From: Flectonema sp. DT1601
Taxonomy: Eukaryota
DNA length: 64,000 nt
NCBI GenBank assembly: GCA_964019425.1
Contig: OZ025793.1
Location: 868,001-932,000 of the forward strand
Direction of reading: 5' to 3'
The notes beneath the pieces are model-generated. The model searched no databases and had not been told where the DNA came from. It saw nothing but the letters and a program-made list of their open reading frames with translations. This document shows, in pieces, positions 60,623 to 64,000 of the stretch; position 1 is the first letter of the stretch; every line of letters begins with the position of its first letter. Made by a program: the position numbers and the translations under genes.

Positions 60623-61294
60623 GTGCATGAGAATTATTTTAGGTTTACCTTGGTAATTCTCGTGTTTAGGATCCATTATACTGCTCTCTCTATCTTTTTG
60701 TTAACTCATCGTTCTTATAAAAGGCTGTCTTTTAATGGCCTTAAACCCTTAGTAATTTATAAGCAAAAACGGGAACGGGAAATTTTACCGAACCAAAAGA
60801 AAGGAACTGCTGAAGTTTTTGTGGATGCCTCCTTACAGGGATGGGGAGGTGTCATTGTTTGGGAAACAGATGAGCTTGAAATTCTTGGTTCAGCTTGGCC
60901 TGCTGATGAAGATCGGCACATTAATGTTCTTGAGGCAGACGCCCTCTGGCAGACACTCAAGGGGATTAAGCAGGCTGATCATCTCACAATTTGGGTTGAC
61001 AACACCACGGTCTGTGGTGCTTTTAGAAAAAGGATGTGTGTTCGCTCACACATTCTTAATAAGTGTTTATTAACTGCTATTGAGTGTCTTATAGTTTTAA
61101 AATGTTCCTATTCTCTCGCTTGGGTAAGCACTAAGTATAACCCAGCCGATATACCATCTCGAGAGGAAGTTTCACATGGAACGAGAGCGAAGGTTGAACA
61201 GGCGTTGGGGTCATTCTTCAACTGGCGTAGTGGTGGTGGCGCCGGTGTCCCGTCGAACCGAATCGGACCTGGCACAACCCCTGCGCAGAAGTAA
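60623..61294 (+). pseudogene. DIRS-type RNase H domain fragment (tyrosine-recombinase retrotransposon relic)
   Basis: VFVDASLQGWGG, HINVLEADAL, IWVDNTTV, WVSTKYNPADIPSR. Homology is evident from ~60810; no RT or recombinase is seen upstream. Confidence 0.85.
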
Positions 61295-61730
61295 TCTGCA
61301 CCCTTTTACAGTGTAGATGCTTCTAAGTTGTTGATCTCAGTTTGTGTGCGTGTTATTCATTACTTTATCATCATTTTCTCTCTCAGGTGCAATACAGTGG
61401 TGGAAAGAAAAGTGACAGTCAAGCCTTCGTTTAAGAATGCTCCCAAAAAGGTATCTCCCCGCAACCAATTGTGCACCAGACTTTTCGATTAGTACTGTGT
61501 TTTGCAGTGCGTTGGTAATTTTGCCTTGTGGACCCTTACGTAACCATCTTTGATTATTGTCAATTGTTTGTTAGCTTTCCAATAATATTTTAGTCCCAAA
61601 CACAGGTACAGATAAGACATGTAAAGGGATTCTTCAAGTCATGTACATGCTAGCAAAATCTCTACATGGTGTTCCATCGGATGCATCGTTCTAAATCTAT
61701 TTTTTCAAAGATTTAAAAAAATAAGACAAT

Positions 61731-64000
61731 ATGAAGGGGTGCTTTTTGTTACTTTTGGTGTCGGGTGCATATGGCAACTTGTGCGGATGGGCGAATCCGA
61801 AAAACTCGAATAATTATCCATTGTGGCCTTACTGTAATAGACGTGAAGGAGATGGACAGACATTGTATACCTATATGGGTGACACCATCCCACCGCTAGA
61901 CAAAGAACCTTATCAATGTAGCAACGGTGTTCTGAGGCATGACTCTCCAGGATTGATATGCGCTGACTACAATCTTGGGGATGAGTATGCGGGTCCCTGC
62001 AGTGATGCAACTTGTTGTGCTGAAGAACTCTGTTCGACTTACACATGTAAGGAAGGTACTTTAAAAGGACATGCCGCTGGAATTAGTTGTGTTTTTTCAT
62101 GTAATGATGAGACTTGTTGCAATGCTGCACAGGGCACTCCAACACACGATGCTCAAGGATTTGTCTTCGTAGATAGAGATCCAAATTTATATGAATTTGG
62201 AGGTACGGCTACTATTATAAGAGCGATGGACGAAACCGACATTACACACTACAGAGTTTATTGGGGGTTTGCACATTCTGTGAGAAAAGTACCATCATGT
62301 GGTCTTGGCAACCCAGTATCATGGACACAGGTAAAATGGAGAGATTCGACTAAGTTATATGCCGAGTTTCCAGCAACGGGATGTGATATTTCTTTTGAAA
62401 TACCAATGAATACCGTTCCTGATGAAAGATGCAGAATTTCATTCGATCGGCAGGAAAGATCAACGAGTCACACTGACAGGTGCAACCCACACTACTTTTT
62501 GGTAGTCTCTGTAAATGAAAAGGGTGAGCGCCACGTTCTCAGTACTCAGGCGCAACAGCCTGGCCCACGTTATGCAATTGTAGATTACGAAGGAGATATG
62601 CAGCTTCCATGTTTAGAAGCTGGCATCACTATGGGACACGATCTCATGGGACCTGATGACATTTTACTCGGAACTTGGAATGGCGTCAATTCTGCGTTGC
62701 AGTGTTCGGAGCTCTGTGCAGCCCACAATGCCCAATCCCCGCCGCCTTCGATTCCATGCAGACAGTTTACTTGGTCTCTTAACAATGGAGGGAGGTCCTC
62801 AAGTAGCTGCTGGATTGAAGCGCAAGCTATGCAAAAGCAACATTACACAGTGAGATTCGTTGCGCCAGCAGTGTGCCCAACACGAGAAACGCTTCCCCCT
62901 ACCGGTCGGGAGCAGCCGAGATGCAACAGGTGGATAAGGAAGCAAAATACTGCCCCCTTTGCTTCGAATGGCAGAAATGCATACAAAGCTTTGGGAGGCC
63001 ACTTTGTTCAATTCCCGAATGATCCTGATGTCCCTCTTGGGCCTTATGACAATGCCGAGTATTGCAAAACAGCTTGTGATTTAGACAGTCTTTGTACAGG
63101 ATTTACCTGGATGAAAAGAGATCCAACTGATACCTACTTCCACCACTGTATTCTAATCAGAGCTGGTGACCCAGCAATGTACTATTCATATTATTATGAT
63201 ACTTGGGTCTGTAGTAGGGAATACATGGCACCATTAATCGCGGGATACAAATTTCAGAAGCATGCATATGGATACAAGCACTGTACAGGCACACTTATAA
63301 AAGAAGTAACAGCCGGGGACCACGAATGCTGTGCTGAGCAATGTGATGAAGTGAGTAACTGTAAAGCTTTTACTTGGTTGTCTACTGGTAAGTGCAGATT
63401 ATTTGAAAATTGCCAAACTATGGACACCTACAGCAACATACAAGGCTGTGCTTACGAATCATGCTATGCTGACTATGGAGGGGCTTCGTACATACAAGAA
63501 ACAGCGGAACTGCAACTGATCGATAAGTGGCCTCACCAGGGTAAGGGTGAAGTCTCGGGACTTCCTATATTTGTCCAGGTTAATCGACCGCATTTGGAAG
63601 GTCAAACAGTATACTGTTACTCGTCTTTGGTAGGCAGATTTATCGAAGCACCTGCGAACGCTGAGAATATGATTCAGCAAGCTGCCAATGCTGGAATTCA
63701 CATTTACGAAGGAACCATAGAAAATCGGGTTGCTGAGGTGCCAGTTATGCGTGAGTTTTATGGACAAATACTGCTTCCGGGGCAAACTTATGAAGTCAAG
63801 TGCGGTATAAAGAATGCATTGCAACAGGGGGAATCTAAGGAACTACGAGGTTTGAGCATTGAGGTAGAACAACCGGCTGGGTACGTTCGCGTTGGTGTTG
63901 GATTCTGCCGAACTCATGGCTGCGCCCCGATTGGAATAGTAGTGAGTCAAGCAATATCCTTTTCTGGCTGTCGTAAAGCCTGCGATGATCATTCAAGCTG
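61731..64000 (+). CDS. Secreted/surface Cys-rich protein with PAN/apple-like repeats; runs off the right end
   Basis: ATG at 61731 with signal peptide MKGCFLLLLVSGAYG. Frame checked open by hand to ~62820; its absence from the ORF track is consistent with no in-window stop. CSDATCC/CNDETCC repeats and C..LC....C..FTW....C motifs. Confidence 0.8.
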   Translation, partial: MKGCFLLLLVSGAYGNLCGWANPKNSNNYPLWPYCNRREGDGQTLYTYMGDTIPPLDKEPYQCSNGVLRHDSPGLICADYNLGDEYAGPCSDATCCAEELCSTYTCKEGTLKGHAAGISCVFSCNDETCCNAAQGTPTHDAQGFVFVDRDPNLYEFGGTATIIRAMDETDITHYRVYWGFAHSVRKVPSCGLGNPVSWTQVKWRDSTKLYAEFPATGCDISFEIPMNTVPDERCRISFDRQERSTSHTDRCNPHYFLVVSVNEKGERHVLSTQAQQPGPRYAIVDYEGDMQLPCLEAGITMGHDLMGPDDILLGTWNGVNSALQCSELCAAHNAQSPPPSIPCRQFTWSLNNGGRSSSSCWIEAQAMQKQHYTVRFVAPAVCPTRETLPPTGREQPRCNRWIRKQNTAPFASNGRNAYKALGGHFVQFPNDPDVPLGPYDNAEYCKTACDLDSLCTGFTWMKRDPTDTYFHHCILIRAGDPAMYYSYYYDTWVCSREYMAPLIAGYKFQKHAYGYKHCTGTLIKEVTAGDHECCAEQCDEVSNCKAFTWLSTGKCRLFENCQTMDTYSNIQGCAYESCYADYGGASYIQETAELQLIDKWPHQGKGEVSGLPIFVQVNRPHLEGQTVYCYSSLVGRFIEAPANAENMIQQAANAGIHIYEGTIENRVAEVPVMREFYGQILLPGQTYEVKCGIKNALQQGESKELRGLSIEVEQPAGYVRVGVGFCRTHGCAPIGIVVSQAISFSGCRKACDDHSS

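Noticed and set aside
62160..62190. FVDRDP resembling a KCTD-type BTB motif
   Set aside because: It lies in a signal-peptide, disulfide-rich extracellular protein, and the surrounding BTB pattern is absent.

Overview
Eukaryotic, AT-rich protist-like DNA. The same-strand gene cluster, ~80-bp GT-AG introns and VIPER/TATE-like relics suggest a euglenozoan such as a diplonemid, which is inference only. Bases 1-14.7 kb hold seven minus-strand host genes: a WW+Cys-rich+SET protein, a Lys-rich protein, SNU13, a CLK/LAMMER-like kinase, MPP-beta, a PPR protein and myotubularin. A plus-strand secreted Cys-rich PAN/apple protein starts at 61.7 kb. Between them is a ~46-kb host-gene-free repeat block in a divergent strand-switch region, bordered by DIRS-type (tyrosine-recombinase retrotransposon) RT and RNase H relics. 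Most of the block is one family: an ~11.3-kb RLE-type (R2-group, HERO-like) non-LTR retrotransposon at 41931-53205. It has a ~550-aa extension beyond the endonuclease and a ~5.7-kb 3' region that carries a ~3.6-kb satellite of multi-hairpin units. It ends in a structured, non-polyA terminus (TCGA(A)ATTC). Eleven such termini occur as 5'-truncated, nested, tandem and inverted copies, and several abut antisense copies of the element's own satellite. This is a candidate satellite-carrying, self-targeting retroelement building a possibly centromeric domain. A TA-duplicating MITE and a 1356-bp repeat family are also present.
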